A stretch of 64,000 bases of DNA. Source: Nitrospinales bacterium. Its GTDB lineage: Bacteria > Nitrospinota > Nitrospinia > Nitrospinales > VA-1. The stretch lies in contig CBDCWG010000012.1 of NCBI GenBank assembly GCA_965223345.1, forward strand, positions 1,696,001-1,760,000. Direction: 5' to 3'. Every line of letters starts with the position of its first letter. Positions within the stretch are counted from its first letter, which is position 1. Of the stretch, positions 19,781-29,862 are shown piece after piece. The notes below the pieces were generated by a model. The model saw only the letters and a list, made by a program, of their open reading frames with translations. It did not search any database and was not told the origin of the DNA. The position numbers and the translations under genes were made by a program.

Positions 19781-21118
19781 ATGAGCGGGCTCGCACTCTG
19801 GCTGGACCGGTATTTTTCGCTCCGGGAAAACCGCACCGATGTGCCCACCGAGCTGCGCGCGGGCTGCGTCACGTTTCTCACGGCGTCCTACATCGTGTTC
19901 GTGCAGCCTGCGGTGCTGGCGCAGGCCGGGATGGATTTCGGCGCGGTGATGGCAGCGACCTGCATCTCCTCCGCGATCGGCTGTCTGTTGATGGGACTGC
20001 TGGCGAACTACCCCATCGCGCTCGCGCCGGGCATGGGGATCAATTTTTATTTCACCTTCACCGTGGTCATCGGCGAGGGCATTCCCTGGCAGACGGCATT
20101 GGGGGCGGTGTTTCTCTCGGGTCTGGTGCTGATCGCGCTGACGCTGCTCAAGGTGCGCGAGGCGTTGATCCGCGTCATCCCGGCGGGGCTCAAAACCGGG
20201 ATCGCCGCGGGGATCGGGCTGTTCGTCGCGTTCATCGGGCTGGTGCAGGGCGGGGTGGTGGTCTCGCATCCGGCGACCCTGGTGCAGATAGGCGATGTGA
20301 CCGGCGCCCCGGCGCTGTTCACGTTTTTCGGCTTGATCCTGATCGGCACGCTGCTGCACAAAAAGATCAAGGGGGCGATCCTGATCGGCCTGGCGCTTTT
20401 GACGCTGCTGGCGTTTCCTTTGGGGCTGGCGCGGTTTCACGGCGTCGTCGCGCCGCCACCGAGCCTCGCGCCCACGTTTCTGGCGCTGGATGTGGCCGGT
20501 GCGTTCAACCTGGGGCTTCTGACCGTCGCCGGGGTGTTCGTGTTCGTCGATCTGTTCGATTCGGCGGGGACGCTGGTCGGGGTGGGGCAGCAGGGCGGGT
20601 TTCTGAAAGACGGTAGGCTGCCGCGGGCCAACCGCGCCCTGATGCCGGATGCGGTGGCGACTACCACCGGATCGCTGCTGGGAACCTCCACGGTGGTCTG
20701 CTACATCGAAAGCGCCGCCGGCGTCGCGGAAGGCGGGCGCACCGGGCTCGCCAGCGTGGTGACGGCCGGGCTGTTCCTGCTGGCGCTGTTCTTTTCGCCG
20801 CTGGCGCAGACCATCGGCGGCGGCTATGCGGTGGAAGGGCAGGCGACGCTGTATCCGATCACCGCACCGGTGCTGATCCTGGTCGGCTGCCTGATGGCGC
20901 AAAACTTAAGAAAAATCGAATGGGACCGCTGGGACGAAGCGTTGCCGGCGTTCCTCGTGGTGGCCGGCATGCCGCTCACCTTCAGCCTCGCCGATGGCAT
21001 GGCGCTGGGCTTCGTCGCGTATCCGATGATCAAACTGTTATCGGGGAAAGGATCGCAGGTCCATTGGGGCCTGTACCTCATCGCCCTGATCTTCATCCTG
21101 CGTTACGGATTTCTCTGA
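19781..21118 (+). CDS. NCS2/AzgA-family nucleobase permease
   Basis: APGMG and ESAAGVAEGGRTGL motifs; many TM helices. Confidence 0.92.
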   Translation: MSGLALWLDRYFSLRENRTDVPTELRAGCVTFLTASYIVFVQPAVLAQAGMDFGAVMAATCISSAIGCLLMGLLANYPIALAPGMGINFYFTFTVVIGEGIPWQTALGAVFLSGLVLIALTLLKVREALIRVIPAGLKTGIAAGIGLFVAFIGLVQGGVVVSHPATLVQIGDVTGAPALFTFFGLILIGTLLHKKIKGAILIGLALLTLLAFPLGLARFHGVVAPPPSLAPTFLALDVAGAFNLGLLTVAGVFVFVDLFDSAGTLVGVGQQGGFLKDGRLPRANRALMPDAVATTTGSLLGTSTVVCYIESAAGVAEGGRTGLASVVTAGLFLLALFFSPLAQTIGGGYAVEGQATLYPITAPVLILVGCLMAQNLRKIEWDRWDEALPAFLVVAGMPLTFSLADGMALGFVAYPMIKLLSGKGSQVHWGLYLIALIFILRYGFL

Positions 21119-21208
21119 TCCGCCGGTATTTTGACCCCGGCGTCGAGCCTGCGGGTTGTGCTATAATCGGGTTTTGAATCGAGAGGAATCCATAACGGAA
21201 GTGTTTTT

Positions 21209-21787
21209 ATGGCCAGTGTCGAGTATCTGATCAAACAGTTTTTGAGCCCCGATAAGAAGAGCCTGGATCTGAGCAATCAGAACATCGGGGACAAAGGGGC
21301 GGTGACGCTCACGCGTTCGAAAAGCATAAAGCGGCTCAAAAAGCTGCGCCTGCCCAACAACAACATCGGCGACGAGGGCGCGATCGCCATCGCCCAGTGC
21401 GAAAACCTGAAGAATGTGACCGACCTGGATTTTTACGGCAATGTCATCAGCGACGACGGCGTCAAGGCGCTGGCCGAATCCGAGCACATGAAAAAGCTGT
21501 TGAAGCTCAACCTCTACGGCAACCTCGTGGAGGACGAAGGCGCCATCGCGCTGGCGGAATCGAAAACCCTGACCAAGCTCAAACACCTGTTCCTCAATTC
21601 CAACCGGATTCGCCGCAAGGGTTTGGAAGCGCTGCAGCAAGCCAAGTGCCGCACCCGTCTGTGTCATCTGTTCATCGATGACCTTTCGGATTTCATCTAC
21701 GAAGACGATGACGGCGCGGATGACGATTGGGATGACGATATGGACGCGACGCGTCCGCGGACGGAACAGGATGTGATGGAAGATTGA
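21209..21787 (+). CDS. Leucine-rich repeat protein with acidic tail
   Basis: Repeated LxLxxNxIGDEGAxALA units of about 28 aa. Confidence 0.88.
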   Translation: MASVEYLIKQFLSPDKKSLDLSNQNIGDKGAVTLTRSKSIKRLKKLRLPNNNIGDEGAIAIAQCENLKNVTDLDFYGNVISDDGVKALAESEHMKKLLKLNLYGNLVEDEGAIALAESKTLTKLKHLFLNSNRIRRKGLEALQQAKCRTRLCHLFIDDLSDFIYEDDDGADDDWDDDMDATRPRTEQDVMED

Positions 21788-21792
21788 TTTTC

Positions 21793-22371
21793 ATGCAACG
21801 ATTCGGATGCGACAAAGGGATGCGGATGGTCTGGGTTTGCGTCCTTTTTTTTGTGCTTTCGGCGCAGGGCCCGGCTGATCTCATCGACCGGCCGCCCGAG
21901 CTGGATTACGAAAAGATTTTTAAAGAGGGGCTGAAGCGGCGCGGCACCTACCTGAACCTGTCCGGCAAGAAAATCGGCGACGCGGGATTGAAGCTGCTTC
22001 TCACCAAAGACTGGCTCAAAAAAGTTAAAAAGATCGACATCCGTTACAACGACCTCACCGAAGAAGGGGCGAAGATCCTCGCCGCAGCCCCCGAACTGCC
22101 GAAACTGCAGACGCTGATCCTCAGACACAATTTCTTCGCCGACAACGGCAGCGTCGTCTTTTCCAAAACCAGGAGCTTCCCCAACCTCAAGGAACTGCAA
22201 CTGGGCTGGAACGAAGTGCGCGATGCGGGCGCGCTGGCGATCGGCCGGGCGCAGAAGGAATCGTTTCCCAAGCTGCAGAAACTGGATCTGCGCGGCAATT
22301 TCCTGGCGGACGAGACCAAAAGCGAACTGAAAAAAACGCTGCCCCACCTCAAATCCCTCAAGCTCTACTGA
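21793..22371 (+). CDS. Exported leucine-rich repeat protein
   Basis: Signal-peptide-like N-terminus and LRR units; start at 21793 or 21820. Confidence 0.85.
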   Translation: MQRFGCDKGMRMVWVCVLFFVLSAQGPADLIDRPPELDYEKIFKEGLKRRGTYLNLSGKKIGDAGLKLLLTKDWLKKVKKIDIRYNDLTEEGAKILAAAPELPKLQTLILRHNFFADNGSVVFSKTRSFPNLKELQLGWNEVRDAGALAIGRAQKESFPKLQKLDLRGNFLADETKSELKKTLPHLKSLKLY

Positions 22372-22483
22372 CTCCTGCCCGGAGAGGGGGGAAGGGTCGT
22401 AATTGCAAAAGCACCCGGCTCCCACCCAAATTGGGCAATTCCTCCACCCACCTATCTTCTCCAAACCTTCGAGGATTCAATAA

Positions 22484-23101
22484 ATGACTAGAGGATTCTG
22501 GATTTCAATGGCCGTAGCCATAACCGGATTGCTTGCTTCTGTGGTCACTTATTATTTTGGTGTCAAAGGACCATCTTATCGTGTGATTATCGCCAGAATC
22601 CCCTTTTCATTTTCGACGCTGGAACCGCAGGATATTGAATTCGATGTGGACCGGACAAAACTCTACGACGTAAATGTACTCTTCAAAAAAGTTTTTCCGG
22701 AAGAACAAATGAATGCGATTATTGGCAGCTTTAAAAGTAAAGCTAGATTGAATGTTGAATGGCAGGTCTACCAGGGGACCCTTCAAATAAAAGAAGGATC
22801 TAACCTGGATGTTGGGTATTCAAGAATTTTTAGAGAAGATTACATAGGGGTTCAGATTGGAACTTTTCAGGCGGAAGAAGGAAAGAAATACACGCTCTCG
22901 ATTAAAACGCGCGATCTCCATTCAGAATGGGAAAAAGCCGATCCAATGGTAGAAGTGAAACTCAACCCCTTAGCGTTTGAAGATTATATGTTAATCAGTA
23001 TGGTCGGCGTTGTCCTGTTTTGCATTTTCTTATTCTATTTTTTGGTATTGATTGCAGGATGGGGTTGGAATTACAGAAAAAGGAAAATGATCAACACCTG
23101 A
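22484..23101 (+). CDS. Hypothetical two-TM membrane protein, AT-rich
   Basis: 205-aa ORF with GAGG SD, N- and C-terminal TMs; visibly more AT-rich than its neighbours. Confidence 0.72.
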   Translation: MTRGFWISMAVAITGLLASVVTYYFGVKGPSYRVIIARIPFSFSTLEPQDIEFDVDRTKLYDVNVLFKKVFPEEQMNAIIGSFKSKARLNVEWQVYQGTLQIKEGSNLDVGYSRIFREDYIGVQIGTFQAEEGKKYTLSIKTRDLHSEWEKADPMVEVKLNPLAFEDYMLISMVGVVLFCIFLFYFLVLIAGWGWNYRKRKMINT

Positions 23102-23133
23102 AGTTTGAAAGCTGGGTTCGGCTGAGGGGTAGG

Positions 23134-23376
23134 TCAAATGCCGATGATGCCGGATTCCTCGTCGAGAAAAAAGCTGGCTCCGTCCGGGGCGCGGTAGGAG
23201 ATTTCCTTCACTTCCCAGAGGTGCTTCTTTTTCACGTCCGCTTCAGCGGCGTGGAATTTGCCTTTGTCCTCGCGTTGCAGGAGAAGGAATTTGTTGTCGT
23301 TGTTGGAGACGATGTCCCAGGTGTGGTACTCGCTTTGCACTTTGCCTTTTTCAAAATCGATGTCGATGATGTTCAT
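23134..23376 (-). CDS. Small hypothetical protein
   Basis: 80-aa ORF directly downstream of ctpA with host-like codon usage. Confidence 0.65.
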   Translation of the reverse strand: MNIIDIDFEKGKVQSEYHTWDIVSNNDNKFLLLQREDKGKFHAAEADVKKKHLWEVKEISYRAPDGASFFLDEESGIIGI

Positions 23377-23402
23377 GCTGCTTGCTGCGAAGGGGTGAAC
23401 GT

Positions 23403-24968
23403 TCAGTAGTGAATGTTGGCCGCGATGTCGCGGGCTTTTTTGAGTGTCTGTTTTTTGTTGGCGATGGTCAGGTTCTTCAGGACCATGTGCGCGAACTGCA
23501 GGCTGGAATCGATGTCCTTGCCGGTGGTTGCGCCGTGTTCGACAAGATACTTGTCCAGCTCGGTGGTCTGCAGCCGAATCGACGGGGACTGGAAGTTTCC
23601 GTTTATTTTCGGTGTGGGCCCGTTTTTACGCTCCTCCGGAGTCAGCTCCTTGACGATCTTGATTTCCGGAACGATGCCGTGTTCGGTGATGTCGATGCCG
23701 GAGGGTGTGAAATATTTCGACGTGGTGAGCCTGAGGCCGGAACCGTCGCTGATGCGGAAGATGGTCTGCACGGAACCTTTGCCGTAGGAGTTTTCGCCGA
23801 TGATCAGGGCTTTGCCCGAATCGCGCAGCGCTCCCGCCACGATCTCGGACGCACTGGCGCTGTGCCGGTTGATGAGGATCACCACGGGCATGTGCAGCAG
23901 GCTGTTGCGGTACTGCGCCCGGTATTCCTTATAGTCGCTCTTGCGCCGGCCCTGGGTGTAGACGATCATGCGGCCGCGGTAGAGAAAATGGCTCGCCACC
24001 TTGACCGACTGGTTCAACAGGCCGCCGGGGTTGTCTCTCAGATCGACGATGAACGCCTTGACCCCGTCGCGCTTCGCCTGTGCCAGTCCTTCCTTGAGCT
24101 GGTCGTTGGTCTGCTTGGAAAAACTGGAGATCTTGAGATAGCCGATGTTGTCCTTGCGGGTCTCGTAGGTCACCGTCTCGATGGCGATGATCTCGCGGGT
24201 CAGGGTGTAGGTTTTTTCCTTGTTGCTGCTGGGGCGCAGCAGCGTCACCGACACCTTGGTGTTCGGATAACCGCGCAGCATCTCGGCCAGGTCGTGGATC
24301 TGCAACCCGGTCACATCTTTGCCGTTCACTTTCACGAACACGTCGTCCGACAGGATGCCGGAGCGCCGGGCGGGGCCGTTTTTCATGGTCTTGACCACCA
24401 TGAGCTTTTTGTCCTTCATGGTGACGATCATGCCCAGCCCGCCGTACTTGCCTTCGGTGTCGCGCATGGACTTGTCGAACGCGGATTTGTCCAGGTACTG
24501 GGAATAGGGGTCCAGCGAGTTCATGATGCCGATGATGGCGGCGGTCTCCAGGTCCTGTTTCGAGTGCTTGCCGCGGGATTCGTCGAGCAGGAAGTAATAC
24601 ACCTTCTTGAACGAGGACATGTCGTGCGCCGGGTCGTAATTCAGGTCGTAGCTCACCTCCAGCTTGGAACCCTTGATGGACTGGCCGATGGAGGTCTTTT
24701 TCACCACCAGGCTGTCGCGGCCGATCATGGTCAGCATTTCGTCGATCGCCGCCGAGAACAACTTCTTATAATCGGGGGGATAGACGTATTTTTCCGCGAT
24801 CAGGTCCACCACCTCGTCGAACAGCTCGAGATCGTCGTTGAAAAATCCGGCGTGCGCCGAGGGCACGAGCGGATTATCGGACTTGAGGCCGGTGGGTGTG
24901 AGCAGCAGAACGCCTGCAAAAACGAGCGCTACGAGGGTCAGCCAACCTTTAGAGTGGATTTTCGGCAT
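23403..24968 (-). CDS. ctpA: S41 carboxyl-terminal processing protease
   Basis: LDPYS, PDZ domain (GLGM), DLRDNPGG, SASASEI, SYGKGSVQ. Confidence 0.93.
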   Translation of the reverse strand: MPKIHSKGWLTLVALVFAGVLLLTPTGLKSDNPLVPSAHAGFFNDDLELFDEVVDLIAEKYVYPPDYKKLFSAAIDEMLTMIGRDSLVVKKTSIGQSIKGSKLEVSYDLNYDPAHDMSSFKKVYYFLLDESRGKHSKQDLETAAIIGIMNSLDPYSQYLDKSAFDKSMRDTEGKYGGLGMIVTMKDKKLMVVKTMKNGPARRSGILSDDVFVKVNGKDVTGLQIHDLAEMLRGYPNTKVSVTLLRPSSNKEKTYTLTREIIAIETVTYETRKDNIGYLKISSFSKQTNDQLKEGLAQAKRDGVKAFIVDLRDNPGGLLNQSVKVASHFLYRGRMIVYTQGRRKSDYKEYRAQYRNSLLHMPVVILINRHSASASEIVAGALRDSGKALIIGENSYGKGSVQTIFRISDGSGLRLTTSKYFTPSGIDITEHGIVPEIKIVKELTPEERKNGPTPKINGNFQSPSIRLQTTELDKYLVEHGATTGKDIDSSLQFAHMVLKNLTIANKKQTLKKARDIAANIHY

Positions 24969-25047
24969 CAATATTGTCCCCAGTGGAATCGAATTGAGAC
25001 CTCAAATAGAGGTGTGCATGTAATCCTTAAAAGACTGCTTGTTTGGG

Positions 25048-25677
25048 TCACGATTTCCCATTATAACCTAAAACGTCTTGAAAAATAAGGTCTAAATTGT
25101 CCGTCATCTTATCGACGTCGCCGGCGGTGAGGCTGGGGACCACCTTGAGCACGTCGTTGATGATGATGGTGGGCGTTTCGCTGGCTTTGTACTGCTCCGC
25201 CAGATCCAGGGACTTCTGCACCTTGGCCTGGATCTTACTCGACTGCATGCCGTCCTGCATCTCCTGGGCCACGCCGTGATCCTTGGCGAGAAAGCGGATG
25301 ACTTTGGGCTGGAAGATGTTGATGTTGAGCTTGAAGTTGGTGTCGAACAGCTCCTTGGTGAACTTTTCCTCGATGCCGAGCCCGTCTGCGATGTAAAACG
25401 CCCGCGCCGGGTAGGGGGTCTGGTTGCCCCAGTAGATCGGGTATTTCTTGTGGTGGAGCTTGTCCTTGTATTTTTCGTGCAGCCGTTTCGAGGCTTCCAG
25501 GAAACGGTAGCAATGGCCGCAGGAGTAGTTGAAAAACTCCAGCATTTCGATCGATTTGGCGCCCTTTAAGGTCTTGATGTCGCCGATCACCTCGTATTTC
25601 CCCCGGATCTTGTCTCCGGCTGTCACCACACCCGGAAACAGCAGGATGGACACAAGGAGGGCCGTGAAATATCTCAT
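25048..25677 (-). CDS. DsbA-family thiol:disulfide oxidoreductase
   Basis: EFFNYSCGHCY and cis-Pro ETPT motifs; signal peptide. Confidence 0.85.
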   Translation of the reverse strand: MRYFTALLVSILLFPGVVTAGDKIRGKYEVIGDIKTLKGAKSIEMLEFFNYSCGHCYRFLEASKRLHEKYKDKLHHKKYPIYWGNQTPYPARAFYIADGLGIEEKFTKELFDTNFKLNINIFQPKVIRFLAKDHGVAQEMQDGMQSSKIQAKVQKSLDLAEQYKASETPTIIINDVLKVVPSLTAGDVDKMTDNLDLIFQDVLGYNGKS

Positions 25678-25720
25678 GAGATTCTCCTGATTCGCTTGCA
25701 GATTGTTGCTTCCTTCATCA

Positions 25721-27064
25721 TCAGTGCCGGATTTTCGGCCAGTAAGTGGAATAGTTGAAATTGGGGCTGTGGTTTTTCACATGGCATTTTTTACAAGCCT
25801 GTTTGGCGTCCAGACCGAAACCCTTGGACGGGGCCTGGGAATGCTTGAGGGCCGGTCCGTGGCACACTTCGCACTGTACGTTTTTCAGTTCGGCCGTGTC
25901 GATCTCGCTGATGAACCCGCCTTCCTCGTTGAGCCCGGTGACGTGGCACACCAGGCATTCCGGATCGAAGGCCTTGTTGATTTTATGCAGCGTGTCGTAG
26001 GCGTGTCCGTGACGGGAAGCGCTCCAGATCTTGTGCTGGTCCGGATGGCAGGTCTGGCATACTTTTTCGGTGGCGTAAATTTTCTTTTTGTCTTTGTTCC
26101 TCCGGGCCGTCAGGGATTCGAAAAAAAGCGCTTCGACTTCCTGATTGTATTGTTCGTATAACTTTACCATTTCCGGATCGAATGGGATAGCCGAATCCAG
26201 CCGCACCATCTTTTGCTCGAAGGAACGCTTGCCGTCCTTACCGATCGTGACCTTGAGCTCGCCCATTTTCTGCCCGCGCGGGCCCGGCTGCACCAGGATC
26301 TTGCCGTCCTTGATTTCCGGATTCATGTCGATTGTGTCGGTTTCTTTTTCGATGTGCCCGTTCACCACCACGTCCACCCCCGCAAGATCCAGGTACGCAC
26401 GGGCGTTTTCCCGCTGCATGTGGGTGAGCAGCACGATGAGATCGGGATTTTCATCCTTTTTGAGCTGCCCGACCAGCGATTGCACCACCGCCTGGGGGCT
26501 CTGCACCTGGTCGCCGGCATGGTGGGCGCTGTAGTAAATCTGCGGGTCGGCGACGGCGATCACCGCGGCTTTCATGCCGTTGGGAAACCGTTTGATGCGG
26601 AACTTGGGCAGGGTAAGCTGCTCGAAATCGAAGTTGCTCAACAGCCAGGGCACGTCTTCAGCTTTTTCGATCAACTCGTTGCCGTAGACGAAATCGTGCT
26701 CCCCCAGGGCCACGGCGTCGTACTGCATTTTGCGCATGGCCTCGATGAGAAAACGCGCCTTCAGCAGCCCCTGGCGGGTCGGTTCCTTGAAATTGTCGCC
26801 GGTGTCCACCAGCAGGAGATTCTGGGCCCGTTTGCGGACGTCTTTGAAATAGCTCATGCGCCGCTCGAAGCCGCCCTGGTCTTCCTCCTTGGCGCAGCCG
26901 CAGGGCTTGAGCTCGCCCAGCGTGTTTCCCGAATAGACGATCCAGATTTCGCCGGGGCCTTTGGGTGCGGGGGGTGCTTTGGAGTCCGAAAAGGACATTT
27001 TCCCGGCGGTGCAGCCCAGCACTCCACACAGGATCAGGATGGACAGGCTGAGAAGTTTCGACAT
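25721..27064 (-). CDS. Lipoprotein: UshA-like metallophosphoesterase fold fused to a c554-like tetraheme cytochrome c
   Basis: Lipobox LGC; GELKPCGC, DTGD, GEHD, NGH; four CxxCH motifs (CQTCH, CLVCH, CEVCH, CKKCH). Confidence 0.85.
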   Translation of the reverse strand: MSKLLSLSILILCGVLGCTAGKMSFSDSKAPPAPKGPGEIWIVYSGNTLGELKPCGCAKEEDQGGFERRMSYFKDVRKRAQNLLLVDTGDNFKEPTRQGLLKARFLIEAMRKMQYDAVALGEHDFVYGNELIEKAEDVPWLLSNFDFEQLTLPKFRIKRFPNGMKAAVIAVADPQIYYSAHHAGDQVQSPQAVVQSLVGQLKKDENPDLIVLLTHMQRENARAYLDLAGVDVVVNGHIEKETDTIDMNPEIKDGKILVQPGPRGQKMGELKVTIGKDGKRSFEQKMVRLDSAIPFDPEMVKLYEQYNQEVEALFFESLTARRNKDKKKIYATEKVCQTCHPDQHKIWSASRHGHAYDTLHKINKAFDPECLVCHVTGLNEEGGFISEIDTAELKNVQCEVCHGPALKHSQAPSKGFGLDAKQACKKCHVKNHSPNFNYSTYWPKIRH

Positions 27065-27457
27065 GCTTTCTACCTGAAGCGGGCCTTCTGTGACGGTCAG
27101 GCCCGCCGGGTGAACGGGGAGGAAACAGCGTGCCCCGATTGAACGAAGGTGTCTTAAGCTTATCTAATAATAGAGCGTTGCAGCGTTTGCGCTTAAGGCT
27201 TTACCTCAAGCGTAGCGGCCCCGGATCGGATATCAAACTACTGGCGCACCCGTCCGGATAAACAATATTACCCGTTTGCTTTTTCCGGTGGCAAGTTTTA
27301 TATATCGGGCCTATTCAAGCAATTATACCGCATCCTGAGGCCTCTTTGCTGCGCCCTGCGGCGACTTGCCAGAAACTCGGCAGACTGGTAATTCCAGAGC
27401 AAATCTCTATAATTTCTGCATGGATCAAACGGATTGGCGTGCGTTTGAGGTGAACAG

Positions 27458-28138
27458 ATGAAGAGCTTAGGTTTTATCAGGATTTTGGCGGCGGGTGTCC
27501 TCGTGGCGGCGTTGAGTTTCGCCACATGGGGCGCGGCCATGACGGAAGGATCGCAACAGCTGATCGCAGCCGTGGCCCAAAACGATCTATCAACGGTCCG
27601 GCAACTCGTTAAGCAGGGCGTGAACGTGGACAGCCGGGACGAACAGGGTCGCACCGCCTTGCTCGTGGCGGTTGCCGGGAACCATATCGACATCGCACAA
27701 TTTTTGATCGATTCGGGCGCCGACGTGAACGCGCAGGATAACCGGCTCGACAGCCCCTTGCTGCTGGCCGGAGCCGAAGGGACCCTTGAGATTTTACAGA
27801 TGATCCTGCAGGCCGGTCCGGATTTCAGCCTCTACAATCGTTTCGGCGGAACGCCTTTGATTCCGGCCTGCGAACGGGGGCACGTGGAGGTGGTGAAGAC
27901 CCTGCTCAAGACCGATGTGGATATCGACCATGTGAATCATTTGGGCTGGACCGCTTTGTTGGAAGCCATCGTTCTGAGTGAGGGAGGTCCGGATCATCAG
28001 AAAATCGTGCAAATGCTGGTCGATGCGGGTGCGGATGTGACGATTGCGGATAACGACGGGGTCAGCCCGCTGCAGCATGCCCGGCAAAAAGGGTTTGCCG
28101 AAATTGTCCGGATTCTGCAATCTGCGGGAGCGAAGTGA
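27458..28138 (+). CDS. Exported ankyrin-repeat protein
   Basis: Several G-T/SPL...GADVN ankyrin units. Confidence 0.9.
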   Translation: MKSLGFIRILAAGVLVAALSFATWGAAMTEGSQQLIAAVAQNDLSTVRQLVKQGVNVDSRDEQGRTALLVAVAGNHIDIAQFLIDSGADVNAQDNRLDSPLLLAGAEGTLEILQMILQAGPDFSLYNRFGGTPLIPACERGHVEVVKTLLKTDVDIDHVNHLGWTALLEAIVLSEGGPDHQKIVQMLVDAGADVTIADNDGVSPLQHARQKGFAEIVRILQSAGAK

Positions 28139-28225
28139 TAGGGATTCCGGGAGCGCGGGGTGTGCGCTTTGAATTTCCCGCAAAAGCGGAGTATGATGGA
28201 GGATCACACGCGCAGCCGGAAAACC

Positions 28226-29122
28226 ATGCGAAAATCTGAAATCCACATGCATTCCACCTATTCGGACGGGGAATACCCGCCTGAAAAACTGGTGCGTATC
28301 GGCGAGGCAAACGGGGTCTCGATCCTGTCGCTCACCGACCACGACACGTTCGAGGGCATCCCAGAATTCCTCAAGGCGGCGGAGAACACCGGGATCCACG
28401 CGTTTCCGGGGATCGAGATCACCACCCGCTACCGGGGCCGCAACCTGCACCTTTTGGGCTATTTCGAGTCTTTGGAGGCGATCGACCCGGAGTTGATGAC
28501 GCGGGTGGCCGAGATGTCGGCAAAACGCGAGAAGCGCATGCGTCAGATGGTGGAGAAGATCAACGCCGTGGTGCCGGAAGAATTCCGCGGCAGCATCCTG
28601 TTCGAGAACGTCCGCCGCGCGGCGGAGGGCGTGCTGGCCCGGCCGCATCTGGCGCGCGAGATGGTGCGGCTCGGCATTGTGTCCTCGACCAGCGCCGCCT
28701 TCGAAAAATACCTGGTGCAGTACAACGTCGAGCGGGAGAACCTCGGCATCGAGACCGTCATCCGCCTCATCCGCCGTTCCGGCGGCGTGCCGGTGCTCGC
28801 CCATCCGGGGGAGCGCACCTACTCGCTGGTCAACCCGGCCAAGGGACGCAAGTACGAGGATGTGCCCGAACAACTGGAGGAATTGAAATCCTTCGGCCTG
28901 CTGGGGCTGGAATGCGTGTACCCCTATCACGAGAAGATCAACCGGGTGGACTATTACATCGATCTCGCCCGCAGCATGGACCTCATCGTCACCGGCAGCC
29001 GCGATTTCCACGGCTTCACCACCTTTCAGCAGCCCTCGCTGCTCGGCACCACTTCCCTGGACGACGGGTTTTTCGACCGCTTTCAGGATGTGTGGCGCTC
29101 AGCCGGCACCCTTTCCAATTAA
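28226..29122 (+). CDS. PHP-domain phosphoesterase (TrpH/YciV-like)
   Basis: HMHSTYSDG, TDHDT, GIEI, HLLGY, LAHP, GSRDFHG. Confidence 0.9.
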   Translation: MRKSEIHMHSTYSDGEYPPEKLVRIGEANGVSILSLTDHDTFEGIPEFLKAAENTGIHAFPGIEITTRYRGRNLHLLGYFESLEAIDPELMTRVAEMSAKREKRMRQMVEKINAVVPEEFRGSILFENVRRAAEGVLARPHLAREMVRLGIVSSTSAAFEKYLVQYNVERENLGIETVIRLIRRSGGVPVLAHPGERTYSLVNPAKGRKYEDVPEQLEELKSFGLLGLECVYPYHEKINRVDYYIDLARSMDLIVTGSRDFHGFTTFQQPSLLGTTSLDDGFFDRFQDVWRSAGTLSN

Positions 29123-29131
29123 TCCATAAAC

Positions 29132-29782
29132 TCAGGGAGCGGCGCGGAACAGCCGCAGCATCCTGAGCGCTGCCTTTTTGTTGCCCTCGACGCGCACCGC
29201 GCCGGATTCCATTGCGTCGCGCGGATCGAGCTGCCCCATGCCCAGCCGCGACAGCACCGCCCCGTAGGTCGATAGCCGCGCCAGTGGGTCAGAAGCCGGT
29301 CCCAGGTCGATGTCGAGACGGCCGTCGTCCACGCGGATGGCGAACAGCGTTCCGTCCACCTTCAGTTCGTAGGTCGCCGTCAGTCCTTCCGCCCGCTCGG
29401 GCAGAAACGCCGCTTTCATCGCCACCAGAGTCCAGTGCGGCCGCGAGATCCCTTTGGGCCGTTTGCCGCCGAGGAAATGAAACCCCCACTTCACCAGTTC
29501 CAGCACCGCCGGTTCCAGCTTGCGCCCGAGCTCGGTGAGCTGATACACCGTTGCGCCCGCCGGCGGCGGCAGGTCGCCGCGCAGGATCACGCCGGACGCC
29601 TCCAGCTCCTTGAGGCGGGCGGACAGCAGATTGGTGCCCATCGAAGGCAATCCTTGCATCAGGTCCTTGAACCGCTTGGGTCCGGTCAATAGTTCGCGGA
29701 TCAATAGCAGCGACCAGCGCTCGCCGATGATGTCGAGGCTCAGGGCGAGGGCGCAATCCTGGTTGTAGCTGCGTTTGCTCAT
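29132..29782 (-). CDS. HxlR-family winged-helix regulator with C-terminal SCP2-like domain
   Basis: C-LA-SLDIIGERWSLL...GPKRF...LSARLKELE...YQLTELG; C-terminal SCP2-like region. Confidence 0.88.
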   Translation of the reverse strand: MSKRSYNQDCALALSLDIIGERWSLLLIRELLTGPKRFKDLMQGLPSMGTNLLSARLKELEASGVILRGDLPPPAGATVYQLTELGRKLEPAVLELVKWGFHFLGGKRPKGISRPHWTLVAMKAAFLPERAEGLTATYELKVDGTLFAIRVDDGRLDIDLGPASDPLARLSTYGAVLSRLGMGQLDPRDAMESGAVRVEGNKKAALRMLRLFRAAP

Positions 29783-29824
29783 GGGCGATTCCTTAAGAAA
29801 AACGGTTGACGCCCTTCCATTTTA

Positions 29825-29862
29825 ACTATATATTTTTAAAAAATACACTATATATTTTTAAA
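29825..29862. promoter_or_regulatory. Perfect 16-bp direct repeat, candidate operator
   Basis: ACTATATATTTTTAAA at 29825-29840 and 29847-29862, between divergent genes. Confidence 0.6.

Noticed and set aside
26890..26910. In-frame selenocysteine in the UshA-like cytochrome
   Set aside because: Both codons of the CGC motif are TGC; there is no UGA
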